A stretch of DNA of 64,000 nucleotides from an uncultured Lacrimispora sp. (GCA_964402355.1 CAYOCB010000019.1:9684-73683), one strand, 5' to 3'; shown: positions 18,668 through 28,227, numbered from the stretch's first letter. Notes: generated by a model not told the origin, from the letters alone. Numbers and translations are program-made.

Positions 18668-20032
18668 TCACTTTTTCATCATACTTTTTACTGTATCAAT
18701 TAACGCCTGCTTACTTGGAATAATTGATACGAATTTGGGTTCTCCATTGATTACCATTGTAGGAAGATTTGGAATTTTCATTTTCTTTGTTCTCGCAATA
18801 TCTTCCTTGTTGTTATAACGATAAACAACATAATCAGCAATATCGCTAATCTCATCAAATATATCAGTTACACTATGTACCATATATGTACAGGCTGCAC
18901 ACTGGTCCGGATCAAGTGTAAATAATTCAATAAGTACCTTATCAAGATGTTCATAATCAGGGATTATAATATCATCAAGATTATCCTCTGCTGCCTCGTA
19001 ATTCTTGACCATTTCACGTACATCAGCCGTATGTAGAACTGCCTGTGAAACAGCTACTGTATTTTCAATGGGCACATCATATGGCATATCACAGCCAGGA
19101 CTCAGAATATAATTCTTATTACTGTTTACGCTGTCGATCAGATCGATGACACACTTCATATTATCCTGCTGTGTTCCGAAAAGCATGGTAGTCGTCAATG
19201 GAATATTACCACCCATAACAATATTAAACTGATCGGTTACTTCCTTAGCTTTCACGATATCCACATTCTCATCAATATGAATGGAATCCGGATTTGTATC
19301 ACACATTACCTTAATCTGACTGGTTGCATTTCCACATACGAAGAATGCAGAAAATACTCCTTTTGACCGGATGTGGTCAAAGACCTCCCTAAAAGAACTG
19401 CCAAGCTGTTCTTCAAATGTTTCAGGTGAGACTTGGCTTACAAGCGGGTCTACAACGGCTATGACATCCATTCCTGCTTCCATATAATAGTCGCACATTT
19501 TGATTGCAACCTTGGTACAGAATTCCATAATCCCTTTTACATATTCCTTGTCTAAAAACATATCTGTAAAGAGATTGCTTCCTCTTAAATGAGAAGCAAG
19601 CGTTAACGGACCACAGATCAAGCCGTATAATGCTGTATCATCCCCTATGGACTTTTTTATTCGTTCCATTGTCCTCAGTATCATTGGAATACGACCTGAC
19701 TCTCTAGTTGGTATCTTATCATCTGATGGCCAGCCGCTTCCATCTGCCATATAGGGATGCTTTCTTACGGATGGCGGATTATTCTCTGCCCACAGCAGCT
19801 TACAGCCAAGTATTTCTGCTTCTACCTGTAAATCAAACAATACCGGCATGCCATCCGGACGATACAGCTTATGGACTTCCATCAGAGATTCATATAATTT
19901 ATCCTCATCAAGCAGAATTTCTTTTGCTGTATATCCTTTTAGCTTTCCCGCATGTACACCTGCAAATGGTACCCATGGTGTTCTTTCTGTTTCTTCATGT
20001 CTTAATGATTGAAAGATTATCTCTTTTCCCAT
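18668..20032 (-). CDS. MtaA/CmuA (URO-D superfamily) methyltransferase with C-terminal thioredoxin-like domain
   Basis: DL.VEAE.LG, GP.TLA..LRG, VCGN, GNI, ILSPGCD; C-terminal IELFT....QCAAC..M...NLPT..ING. Confidence 0.85.
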   Translation of the reverse strand: MGKEIIFQSLRHEETERTPWVPFAGVHAGKLKGYTAKEILLDEDKLYESLMEVHKLYRPDGMPVLFDLQVEAEILGCKLLWAENNPPSVRKHPYMADGSGWPSDDKIPTRESGRIPMILRTMERIKKSIGDDTALYGLICGPLTLASHLRGSNLFTDMFLDKEYVKGIMEFCTKVAIKMCDYYMEAGMDVIAVVDPLVSQVSPETFEEQLGSSFREVFDHIRSKGVFSAFFVCGNATSQIKVMCDTNPDSIHIDENVDIVKAKEVTDQFNIVMGGNIPLTTTMLFGTQQDNMKCVIDLIDSVNSNKNYILSPGCDMPYDVPIENTVAVSQAVLHTADVREMVKNYEAAEDNLDDIIIPDYEHLDKVLIELFTLDPDQCAACTYMVHSVTDIFDEISDIADYVVYRYNNKEDIARTKKMKIPNLPTMVINGEPKFVSIIPSKQALIDTVKSMMKK

Positions 20033-20072
20033 TTTTATCCTCCATAATATTTGTTATTATAAATATATACAA

Positions 20073-20711
20073 TTATCCATTGCAAAGCTTTGCTGCAAGT
20101 TCCACAGCGGAAGGAGCATTTGTACTATATCCGTCAGCGCCAATCTGATCTGCGAACTTCTGGTTAACAGGAGCACCGCCGACCATTACCCGGACCTTAT
20201 CTCTTAATCCTGCTTCTTCCAAAGCTTCAATGGTATCTTTCATTGCATACATGGTTGTGGTGAGCATTGCGGACATACCAACGATTTGAGCATCTTCATT
20301 TTCCTGTACAGCATCTACGATATCTTCCGGATCAACATCCATTCCTAAGTCGATCACTTCAAATCCTGCACTCTCAAGTAAGAGCACAACTAAGTTCTTA
20401 CCAATATCGTGCATATCTCCGGCGACTGTTGCAAAAATTGCCTTACCTGCTTTTTTCTCATCACCAGCCATTAATAATGGCTTAATTTTTGCAACACCAG
20501 ACTTCATTGCTTTTGAAGCAATTAATAATTCCGGAACAAATATTTCTCCGACTCTGAATTTCTCACCTAATACATTGATTGGTGCGACTAAGCCTTCGTT
20601 TAAAATATCCAGTGCTGAATTTCCTTCCTCCAATGCTGCATCAACAGCAGGTAATACACCTGTAACATTTCCTTCTTCAACAATCTTTGCCAGTTCAGAT
20701 AATTTTGACAT
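20073..20711 (-). CDS. Methyltransferase cognate corrinoid protein (copy 1)
   Basis: B12-binding GDMHDIGKNLV, SAML, VMVGGAP; cap domain FVPELL. Confidence 0.95.
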   Translation of the reverse strand: MSKLSELAKIVEEGNVTGVLPAVDAALEEGNSALDILNEGLVAPINVLGEKFRVGEIFVPELLIASKAMKSGVAKIKPLLMAGDEKKAGKAIFATVAGDMHDIGKNLVVLLLESAGFEVIDLGMDVDPEDIVDAVQENEDAQIVGMSAMLTTTMYAMKDTIEALEEAGLRDKVRVMVGGAPVNQKFADQIGADGYSTNAPSAVELAAKLCNG

Positions 20712-20969
20712 CACAAATCCTCCTTATCATCGTTGTTTTTTGTAAAAATAAGATCCCCTCAGACATTATGCTATTAGTTTAAACTTCAATATTTATTTTG
20801 TCAAAATAAATATTATTAAAGTTTAAATAGAACGATATCAGGTTCTTGCAATGTTACAAATTCAATATTTGGAACTATTCATATGGCGTTTCAACCAATT
20901 CTCTGAAATTTATTACATTTTCTGATTTATTCAATACAGACAATATAAGTGTATAATCGAAAAACGCTG

Positions 20970-21270
20970 CTAGTTGTTCTTTTGATTTTGAAATATCTTG
21001 ATCTGAATACATTGCTCGATCATCGAAACACAGCCGTTGTCTTTCAGCGTCTGACTATTCAAAATAATATCGTAATTTCTTCATAACGCCGCCACGTAAC
21101 TTCTCATCGACTTTATTAAACAAAGCTTCTGATATACCACTTTCCATAGATGCCATCTGCAGAATTTCATCCTCATAGCATGGAATTCCCAGTTTACTCC
21201 CTAAAATATCCCCTATTCTTTTTCCTCCACTGCCATATCCCCTGGCAATCGTTACAATATAATTATCCAT
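20970..21270 (-). pseudogene. Cytidylate kinase-like protein, internally deleted
   Basis: N-terminus IVTIARGYGSGG..IG..L joined out of frame to C-terminal NYDIILNSQTL...CV..I (stop at 20972-20970). Confidence 0.8.
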
Positions 21271-21397
21271 TTTTCTCCCTTCCGCGAAAAAAATCTACAA
21301 TTAAATGATGAAGGTAAAAGAGCAAGCGAAAAACAATAAAGTAATTGTATTTTCATCTTGCCCTTATATGTTTTCAAATTATTTCCTGTCTTAATAT

Positions 21398-22867
21398 TTA
21401 TTTACTTTCTTTTTCAGCAGCTGCCTTATCAGCAGCAATTAAGATATCCTCAACAGCCTTATCCTGCACTGGTGTCAGTGGCTTTGGAACATAATTTTCA
21501 ATAATGTCAATTGTTCTTGTCTTTACACGCTGTTCAAATGTGGTTGCTCCAGCCTTCTTCCAGTTGTCATAATCAGCTCTGTCTGTTAAGTCTGGCTGCC
21601 ACATTTCTTTATTATATTCAAGGGTATGTTCCTCCATTAAGTAATGGCCTTTCGGTCCTACTCTCTTCATAACATCCATTGCAAGATGTTCTTTATCAAA
21701 CTGGACACCATCAAATACTCTTCTCATTTGGCCGATTGTTTCATTGGAAGCTACCAGTAATTCATAGGAGAAGGTAAGTCCATAGTTCATAAATCCCACA
21801 TCATGATTCAGATTGGTTCCAGAGAAACCAATGGAATAAATGTATTGAGCAGACTCGTTCATTGCCTGTGCATCAAATACCTTGCCGCCGGAACATCCGG
21901 TGAAGCCCCATGTAGGAACTTTATATAATTCACGGCCAATCTGAGCAAGTGAAATATTATTAACAATTGCTTCCGGTGAACAGTAAGTAGGCTGCATACA
22001 TTTAAGATCCATATTATACATGGAACCGCCAAATACAATTGGTGAACCTGGATGTGCAAGCTGATGTATTACAAGTCCTGCAAGGCATTCTGCATTTGCC
22101 TGAACAATTGCTCCGGCATTTGTTATAGGACCTGTAGCACCAGGCATCATACAAGGGGAATAGTTTGTAGGCAGTTGGTTCTCTGCACAATAAATCAGCT
22201 TATCAACAGCATCATAGCAATGTGTCAAAGGAGAAATTGGTTCATTATACATAATGAACAATGGTTTCTTTGCAAGTTCTTCAAGGTTTCCTCTTATGGC
22301 AACTGCCATTTTTGTAATATTAGCAATGGACTCTCTGTTTGCAGCTGTTACTACCTGGGGTTTCGTAGAGTTACGAAGCATTACGGCATATTGATGTTCA
22401 TAGGATGTTACAGGATAATCATACATTAATCCACAGCACATTAAAAAATCCATCTCTGGCAGGGCATCGATGATTTTAGCACCATCTTCCATATCCTTAT
22501 ATGTAAAAGTCCGATGCTCTCCGGTATAAACATCAAGAATCGTAGGGCAGTCAGAACCTGTTCCATAGTAAACATTTCTACCGCCTAAATCCATTGCAAG
22601 ATCTCCATCCCGATCGTATACATGGAAATGTGACGGTGCTTGTCTTGCAGCCCATTCAACCAATCCTGCCGGGAAAAATACTTTCTTGCCTTTTACGCTG
22701 CATCCGGCTTTCTTAAGCATTTCTCTTGCACCCTCATGGTCAATAATACTTCCAACTTCCTGAAGCAGTTCAAGTGTCTTTGAATGGATTTCTTCCATTT
22801 CCTGCTGGGTCAAAAATCTCAAAGGGGCTGCTGCTTTTAACACGTTATTCTTATCTGATCTATCCAT
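21398..22867 (-). CDS. Non-pyrrolysine MttB-family methyltransferase (Cys at Pyl-equivalent site)
   Basis: YYGTGSD, EPISPL, GATGPIT.AG...ANAE, TWGFTGCSGGK.FDAQA, HDVG, VGP.GHYL. Confidence 0.92.
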   Translation of the reverse strand: MDRSDKNNVLKAAAPLRFLTQQEMEEIHSKTLELLQEVGSIIDHEGAREMLKKAGCSVKGKKVFFPAGLVEWAARQAPSHFHVYDRDGDLAMDLGGRNVYYGTGSDCPTILDVYTGEHRTFTYKDMEDGAKIIDALPEMDFLMCCGLMYDYPVTSYEHQYAVMLRNSTKPQVVTAANRESIANITKMAVAIRGNLEELAKKPLFIMYNEPISPLTHCYDAVDKLIYCAENQLPTNYSPCMMPGATGPITNAGAIVQANAECLAGLVIHQLAHPGSPIVFGGSMYNMDLKCMQPTYCSPEAIVNNISLAQIGRELYKVPTWGFTGCSGGKVFDAQAMNESAQYIYSIGFSGTNLNHDVGFMNYGLTFSYELLVASNETIGQMRRVFDGVQFDKEHLAMDVMKRVGPKGHYLMEEHTLEYNKEMWQPDLTDRADYDNWKKAGATTFEQRVKTRTIDIIENYVPKPLTPVQDKAVEDILIAADKAAAEKESK

Positions 22868-22950
22868 GATCGTTTCCTCCGATTATTTCCGGCAGTTTTC
22901 AATACTGCCAGATATATATTTTATATAAGATACTTTATTATCAGGGGCTG

Positions 22951-23589
22951 TTATTCGGTACAAAGTTTTGTTGCAAGTTCTACAGCGGAAGGAGCATTTG
23001 TACTGTATCCGTCAGCGCCGATCTGATCTGCGAACTTCTGATTAACAGGAGCTCCGCCAACCATTACCCTAACCTTATCTCTTAATCCGGCTTCTTCCAA
23101 TGCTTCAATGGTATCTTTCATTGCATACATGGTGGTCGTGAGCATAGCGGACATACCAACAATTTGAGCATCTTCATTTTCCTGTACAGCATCTACGATG
23201 TCTTCCGGATCAACATCCATTCCTAAATCAATTACTTCAAATCCTGCACTCTCAAGTAACAGCACAACTAAGTTCTTACCGATATCATGCATATCGCCTG
23301 CGACTGTTGCAAAAATTGCCTTGCCTGCTTTTTTCTCATCACCAGCCATTAATAATGGCTTAATCTTTGCAACACCAGACTTCATTGCCTTTGAAGCAAT
23401 TAATAATTCCGGAACAAATATTTCTCCGACTCTGAATTTCTCACCTAATACGTTAATTGGTGCGACTAAGCCTTCGTTTAAAATATCCAGCGCTGAAATT
23501 CCTTCCTCCAATGCTGCTTCAACAGCAGGTAATACGCCTGCAACATTTCCTTCTTCAACAATTTTTGCTAATTCAGATAATTTTGACAT
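22951..23589 (-). CDS. Methyltransferase cognate corrinoid protein (copy 2)
   Basis: DMHDIG motif; differs from copy 1 at 6 of 212 residues. Confidence 0.95.
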   Translation of the reverse strand: MSKLSELAKIVEEGNVAGVLPAVEAALEEGISALDILNEGLVAPINVLGEKFRVGEIFVPELLIASKAMKSGVAKIKPLLMAGDEKKAGKAIFATVAGDMHDIGKNLVVLLLESAGFEVIDLGMDVDPEDIVDAVQENEDAQIVGMSAMLTTTMYAMKDTIEALEEAGLRDKVRVMVGGAPVNQKFADQIGADGYSTNAPSAVELATKLCTE

Positions 23590-24086
23590 ATAAATAATCC
23601 TCCTCTAATTTTGTCCCATACACTGCGTACTGCATGAGTTTTATTAACTAACTCTCTCAAAGTTTAGTACATTTTAATCTACAAAACAGTCATTGTCAAA
23701 GGCGGTAAAGTTTCATTAAAATAAACTATCTTTTTATTTGTTTTCTTTCTAGGAAATTATTATGATGATTCTATAATTTTATAGATTATTTTATAATTAA
23801 TAATTAAAAATTCATTTTTTATAATATTTTAAAGAAACATAAATTTATGATTTTGTTTGAAAGTTTTTGTCTTTAATATGTAAGATAAATTTATATAATT
23901 CTAAAAGAGACAGCTTTTTGATTTTTGTATAATTTATTAAAAATTTAGTTAATATTTTTAGTAAGCAGAGCATCAAAATGGACATCTGTACAGGTAAAAA
24001 CTTTATTGAATATTGTCTTATTTTGTGCTATAATACATCTTATTTAAGGTATTCTTTAATTAAATATTCTTTGATGGAGGTTATAT

Positions 24087-24809
24087 TTGGAAAAAGAATC
24101 TATTTCAAAATTTGTAGGAAGAAAAATAAAATTTTTCCGGAAACAAAAAGGGTTATCCCTTGAGGCCCTGGCTTTCATGATTAATAAGAATAAATCAACG
24201 TTATCGAAATACGAGAACGGGGCCATCTCTATTGATGTAGAGACACTTCTGGATATTTCCCGAAGTCTCAATGTGGACATAACTAATTTTATCGATTATA
24301 AGGTTGACGGATCCTCTCATCGTGTTTTTTCATCCAACCCTTTCAAAAGCAATGAGTTATATCTTTATTATTACGATGGAAGAAAAAAAAATATCGTTAA
24401 ATCAGTATTGGTATTATTACCTCCTAACAAAATAGGTGCTTCGCAAAAAGCATACTTTTATATGGATGTCCCTTCCATGAAAGAATATGAAAAATGTCGT
24501 TTCTATTACATTGGTGAAATGAATGCATTTGATCTGGTTACTTATCTAACCCTGTTGAATCAGACAAATCCTATGGAACAGCTGGGAATGTGCATTCTTA
24601 ATTCTTTTGATATTAACCAAACTGCATCTACCTGGGGATTTATGTTTGGAATATCCTATAATCCAGTAGCCCCATTCTCACTAAAGTTTTTATTATCAAC
24701 TAGAATATTGACGAATGCTGAGATTAATGTTGATGATTTATTTATTACTAAAGAAGAGTTAAAAACACTGAAGCATTACAATATGATGCTCCTGAATCAT
24801 AATCAGTGA
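24087..24809 (+). CDS. XRE-family HTH transcriptional regulator
   Basis: IK.FRK.KGLSLE.LA..I.K.KSTLSKYENG; TTG start after GGAGG; uncharacterised C-terminal domain. Confidence 0.9.
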   Translation: MEKESISKFVGRKIKFFRKQKGLSLEALAFMINKNKSTLSKYENGAISIDVETLLDISRSLNVDITNFIDYKVDGSSHRVFSSNPFKSNELYLYYYDGRKKNIVKSVLVLLPPNKIGASQKAYFYMDVPSMKEYEKCRFYYIGEMNAFDLVTYLTLLNQTNPMEQLGMCILNSFDINQTASTWGFMFGISYNPVAPFSLKFLLSTRILTNAEINVDDLFITKEELKTLKHYNMMLLNHNQ

Positions 24810-25219
24810 ATTAATCACATTACATACCGATCCTGACTGCTGTTCATGATATACATGCTTCCCTCTGGGAACAGCAGTTTGGAAGGATTGTATGCCACTA
24901 CTCTCTGCTTTTCTTTTTTTTATTCTTTTTATTTGTTTTTTTATAGTCTGCTATTAATATGAATTCTATATTTTCCCCAAAAGTTATAAAATTTTCAAAG
25001 TTCATTCCAAGGTGAAAAACGTTTTTGTTTTTTCATTTTTTATTTTTTTATATTTGATTTCATGTCATATTTATCAAATTTTAGCAATCTGGTGAAACTT
25101 TTTCTCATTTAATGACTCATTATACGATTTGACTAACAATAAAAATATTATTATAATTTATACCACTCAGTTATATATTTCTTATTTAATCAAATAACGT
25201 CTGAAGGAGAAATTTTATT

Positions 25220-26686
25220 ATGAAAAAACACTCGTCATCACAATTCATGGGTAAAAACGGATTGACCTTTTTTACCAAACAGGATATGGAAAAGATTCAT
25301 AGTGCTACCCTGCAGCTTCTGGAGGAAGTTGGATGTGAGGTTCAATATGCACCTGCACTTGATAAATTAAAGGAAGCCGGTGCTTTTGTTCAAAAGAAAC
25401 GAGTTAAATTTCCACCGACACTTGTTGAATGGGCAATCAGACAGGCACCTTCAAGAATCAATCTCTACGACAGAGATGGTAATTTTGCAATGGATTGCAG
25501 CGGCAGGAACGCATATTACGGCGTTGGCTCTGCATGTCCTAACATCCTTGACAGCTATACGGGAGAACACAGACTCTGTAATGAAGAAGACAACAAAAAC
25601 TGCGTTAAGGTTGCCGACGCAATGCCATATATTGATTATATGATGTCAATGGCTCAGGTTTATAACCATCCCAAAACTTCTTATGAGCATGAATATTCTG
25701 CCATGATTCGTTATAGTTCAAAACCACAGGTTGTTATTACCGCTGATCTGGAATCTACGAAAAATGTTGTGGAAATGGCTTCGATCGCAAGAGGCGGATT
25801 AGATAAGCTTCAGGAAAAACCGTTATTTATTCTGTATTGTGAGCCAACGTCTCCAATGGTGTGTACGAAGGAATCCATGGAAAAAGTAATGTACTCTGCC
25901 GAAACAGGTATTCCTGTTTTGTACGCACCAATCCCTATGAATGGTGCAACCGGACCAATGCCGCTTGCTTCCTGCATCATACAGGCCAATGCAGAATGTC
26001 TGGCAGGATTAATCGTCGCTCAGGTTACCAAACCTGGTGCGCCTTTCTTATATGGTGCTATCATAACGAATATGGATATGAGAAGTCTGCAGCCTACATA
26101 TGCTTCCCCGGAAACGATGATTGAATCTCTCGCAATGTCAGAAATCGGACGTGAATTATACCACTTGCCAACATGGGGTACCGCTGGCTGTACAAGTTCT
26201 AAGCTTGCTGACGAACAGGCCGTTCTAGAAGGATCACAATACATAACGCTTGCAGGTCTTTCTGGCGCTAATGTTATTCATGATGTTGGATACACTACAT
26301 TTGGACTCACATTTTCTCTTGACCTTGTTATTATGATGAATGATGTAATCGGACGTGTACGTCGTTTCTTCGACAGCGTAAAGATGGATGACGAGCATAT
26401 CAGTATGAACGAAGATCTTCTCGCTGTTGGTCCCAAAGGACATTATCTTGGTCAAAACTCCACTCTTGTACTGAACAAAGGATATTGGGAATCAAAGCTT
26501 GAAGACAGAAATGAATTCGACAGATGGTCTGCACTTGGATCAAAATCAATGGGACAACGTGCAAATGAGATTGTAAGGGATATCATTGAAAATCAACCGC
26601 TTAACATGCTTCCTCCTGAAATTGATGCACAGATAGTTGAATTAATAGACCGCATTGATAAAAAGGAAACTGCTTCCATGGAGTAA
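25220..26686 (+). CDS. Non-pyrrolysine MttB-family methyltransferase (Cys at Pyl-equivalent site)
   Basis: YYGVGS, EPTSP, GATGP...A....ANAE, TWGTAGCTSSK.ADEQA, HDVG; clear paralog of 21398-22867. Confidence 0.92.
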   Translation: MKKHSSSQFMGKNGLTFFTKQDMEKIHSATLQLLEEVGCEVQYAPALDKLKEAGAFVQKKRVKFPPTLVEWAIRQAPSRINLYDRDGNFAMDCSGRNAYYGVGSACPNILDSYTGEHRLCNEEDNKNCVKVADAMPYIDYMMSMAQVYNHPKTSYEHEYSAMIRYSSKPQVVITADLESTKNVVEMASIARGGLDKLQEKPLFILYCEPTSPMVCTKESMEKVMYSAETGIPVLYAPIPMNGATGPMPLASCIIQANAECLAGLIVAQVTKPGAPFLYGAIITNMDMRSLQPTYASPETMIESLAMSEIGRELYHLPTWGTAGCTSSKLADEQAVLEGSQYITLAGLSGANVIHDVGYTTFGLTFSLDLVIMMNDVIGRVRRFFDSVKMDDEHISMNEDLLAVGPKGHYLGQNSTLVLNKGYWESKLEDRNEFDRWSALGSKSMGQRANEIVRDIIENQPLNMLPPEIDAQIVELIDRIDKKETASME

Positions 26687-26741
26687 TTTTTCTGATCAAA
26701 ATTAATATTTGCATCAAAATAATATTTGTATCAAAAATATA

Positions 26742-26784
26742 AAAAAGAATGCGAAAAATATTTACCATTTTTCGCATTCTTTTT
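26742..26784 (+). terminator. Intrinsic terminator after mttB; target of intron insertion
   Basis: AAAAAGAATGCGAAAAAT-ATTTACC-ATTTTTCGCATTCTTTTT perfect 18-bp stem. Confidence 0.9.
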
Positions 26785-26991
26785 CCTGTGTGCCAGGTAT
26801 GGCACAATCTAGCGAGTGAAAGTATAGCCACGGGTATTTACTGCCAAGTGTAGTGAACCACAAGTTGGTATCAGTAATGGTATAGATGAAGGAAGTGGTG
26901 TAGCAAAATTCTTGAGCCTACGGAGACCCTACCCACATATCAAAAGCACTATTAACTGTTGTAGTTCCAGATGATGTTGGTGCATAACTTG

Positions 26992-27591
26992 TTAGTTCTT
27001 TCCGCCATAGTTTTTGTATGTAGCATATACTGCATCTGCATATTGATCTGCCAGAATTGGGCGTCCATATGAGTCTGTGCAGCCAGGATACCAGTTTGGT
27101 CCTCCATTATAATGCAATAAACCATTGTATATATTACCAAACTGTTTTATATTATCGTTTATAATCATAGCGCCCATATATACTTGATCTTGATAATCAC
27201 CATGATTATAAGCATGTCCATATGTTGAACGGAACTCACCTGAATAAGCATTTCTAGTGTTTGGCTCTACTTGCATTAATCCATCACCAGCAGATGGACT
27301 ACCACCATTTAAAGCTGCGCCAAAGTCACTTTCTTTTTTGATAACAGCGCATACTAATAAAGCAAAATCTCCATTTTCAGCAAATTTGTTATTAGCGTTA
27401 ATTGCATATTCCCATATATCATTTGGAACTTCACCAGGTTTTGATACTGATGGGTTTGCTGAGTTAGTTGTATTCGCTGGTGTTATAGCTGCATTGGCAA
27501 TTACAGTGGATGAGTTTGTTATTACTATCATAGTTAGTAGCCCAAGTACTAAAGAGAAAGTAATTAATTTTTTTGGTTTTTCGTGTTTCAT
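26992..27591 (-). CDS. Secreted GH23 (goose-lysozyme/SLT fold) glycoside hydrolase, Ralstonia ChiC-like chitinase
   Basis: Signal peptide; AVIKKESDFG (catalytic Glu), SPSAGDGLMQVEPNTRNAY, GLLHYNGG..WYPG.TDSYGRPILADQYA recalled from the Ra-ChiC catalytic domain. Confidence 0.8.
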   Translation of the reverse strand: MKHEKPKKLITFSLVLGLLTMIVITNSSTVIANAAITPANTTNSANPSVSKPGEVPNDIWEYAINANNKFAENGDFALLVCAVIKKESDFGAALNGGSPSAGDGLMQVEPNTRNAYSGEFRSTYGHAYNHGDYQDQVYMGAMIINDNIKQFGNIYNGLLHYNGGPNWYPGCTDSYGRPILADQYADAVYATYKNYGGKN

Positions 27592-27939
27592 AATAAATCA
27601 GCTCCTTTTCTAAATTTTATGGAAGGATTATAAGGCACATTCACCTACTAAGTTTTATTAAATTTGGAGTGAATATAACTTACAATCCTTTTATTTTAAG
27701 GCTCAATAGAGTCAAAAAATCAGGATTATACTACAGGTAATATAAAGATTTTGTTATTTTTTAAAATTAGTTTGATTACCATCCAAGCTAAAATTGAAAT
27801 CTATAAATTCGAAAAGAATAATGTTTTTCGGTGAAATAAATTTAATTTTTATGATCTACACAAATTTAGACCACTATCCTATAAAAAGTGTATTTTAAAT
27901 AATATTTCAATTTTTATATTTTGTTCATTGTAATATAAA

Positions 27940-28021
27940 TACACTTGTTTTGTAAATGAAAAATTTTATTAACATTTATCTACACTTGTTTTGTAAATGA
28001 AATTTTTTATTAATATTTATC
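27940..28021. repeat. 41-bp tandem duplication
   Basis: TACACTTGTTTTGTAAATGAAA...TTTATTAA.ATTTATC at 27940-27980 and 27981-28021. Confidence 0.92.
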
Positions 28022-28131
28022 AAATTTTTGTTAATCAGAGCCGCCCCTGTTGACACATAGTGAGCAAGTCATTCTAGTTGAAGGAAATAGCATTTTTATC
28101 ATCTTTTTGGAATAACGCTATCTTTTAAAGC

Positions 28132-28227
28132 GGTTACTTAAATCCTACACTGCTTGAAACAAAAATAAAGGACGGAGCTGGTTTGCTCAATCCTTTAAAT
28201 TATTATCTAAGAAAAGTTGGAATATAA
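28132..28227 (+). pseudogene. C-terminal remnant of intron RT/maturase
   Basis: Reads GYLNPTLLETKIKDGAGLLNPLNYYLRKVGI* and stops 6 nt before domain V, where intron ORFs end. Confidence 0.65.

Noticed and set aside
18668..20032. Heme-pathway uroporphyrinogen decarboxylase (hemE)
   Set aside because: No HemE RQAGR motif; corrinoid/RamA context points to the MtaA/CmuA branch.
9016..26686. Pyrrolysine-containing trimethylamine methyltransferases
   Set aside because: All three ORFs are uninterrupted, with Leu, Cys and Cys at the Pyl-equivalent site; no pyl genes seen.
26694..26740. Three short ATCAAAA(T)TAATATTTG-like direct repeats
   Set aside because: Low-complexity AT-rich slippage repeats with no supportable function.
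26601..27140. Small ORFs 26601-26831 and 26952-27140
   Set aside because: Overlap the terminator, intron 5' end or chitinase in other frames; no protein features.
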